From the NCBI GenBank assembly GCA_963713585.1, contig CAVQMG010000010.1, positions 20,911-84,910 of the forward strand: a stretch of 64,000 nucleotides of DNA, in the 5' to 3' direction. The notes under the pieces are model-generated. The model saw only the letters and a list, made by a program, of their open reading frames with translations, did not search any database and was not told where the DNA came from. The stretch is from an uncultured Actinomycetota bacterium. Its GTDB lineage: Bacteria > Actinomycetota > Actinomycetes > Streptosporangiales > Streptosporangiaceae. Of the stretch, positions 63,985 to 64,000 are shown piece by piece (positions within the stretch are counted from its first letter, which is position 1; each line of letters opens with the position of its first letter). Position numbers and translations under genes: made by a program.

Positions 63985-64000
63985 ATGACACAAGGAACGG
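63985..64000 (+). CDS. Start of a further CDS (truncated by window end)
   Basis: ATG at 63985 preceded by gcaggaga RBS. Only five codons are visible. Confidence 0.3.

Overview
High-GC (roughly 70% or more by eye) Actinomycetota-like chromosomal DNA, densely coding on both strands. I recognise no rRNA, tRNA, CRISPR array, transposase, integrase or phage genes. No clearly novel multi-gene system stands out.

Layout:
- 1-5.1 kb: tail of a PaaX-family regulator, two tandem paralogous 4-TM proteins, RidA, a frameshifted FAD-monooxygenase/Old-Yellow-Enzyme fusion (salicylyl-CoA 5-hydroxylase-like), and an SRPBCC protein.
- 5.1-8.2 kb: FtsX/MacB-type ABC pair.
- 8.4-15.6 kb: conserved actinobacterial block ftsK, RodZ-like HTH, rimO, pgsA, cinA-like, clgR.
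- 15.6-22.7 kb: Rrf2 regulator, GH3 NagZ-like hexosaminidase, a CUT1 sugar importer (two permeases plus a lipoprotein binding protein, no ATPase gene), and a divergent ROK regulator.
- 22.7-27.6 kb: HAL/PAL-family lyase with a non-canonical MIO triad, LURP-one-related protein, DSD1-type PLP enzyme, cyclase/formamidase, MgtC.
- 27.8-37.0 kb: MFS transporter, an uncharacterised zinc-ribbon protein, the roughly 1600-aa helicase Lhr, NUDIX, P450.
- 36.9-41.0 kb: siroheme/sulfite-reductase cluster (cbiX, cysG/cobA-like, small Zn-ribbon gene, sirA).
- 41-64 kb: mixed accessory metabolism and regulators. These are dienelactone hydrolase, MmyB-like regulator, AMP nucleosidase, PNPOx-like protein, methyltransferases, DUF3046, P-loop kinase, FAD monooxygenase, DUF2252, a secreted protein, XRE-cupin, quinone oxidoreductase/TetR, serine hydrolase, GNAT, DinB, phosphotriesterase-like protein, esterase, acyl-CoA synthetase, FAH and Zn-ADH.

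Main observations:
- Fifteen genes can only be read by changing frame, roughly 35-40 single-base shifts in total. Blocks of 5-10 kb beside them are clean. The siroheme/sulfite cluster is the hot spot, with about 20 shifts in 4.1 kb. Real gene decay and local consensus error cannot be separated from sequence alone, and I give evidence for both.
- A PafBC/RecA-NDp-like, apparently leaderless promoter lies in front of lhr.
- DUF3046 is not followed by recA.
- A lyase has Gly-Thr-Gly in place of the MIO Ala-Ser-Gly triad.
- There are several short in-frame tandem repeats.
- There are several clear operator-like repeats, the strongest being an AT-rich 15-bp direct repeat overlapping a near-consensus promoter at 61.8 kb.
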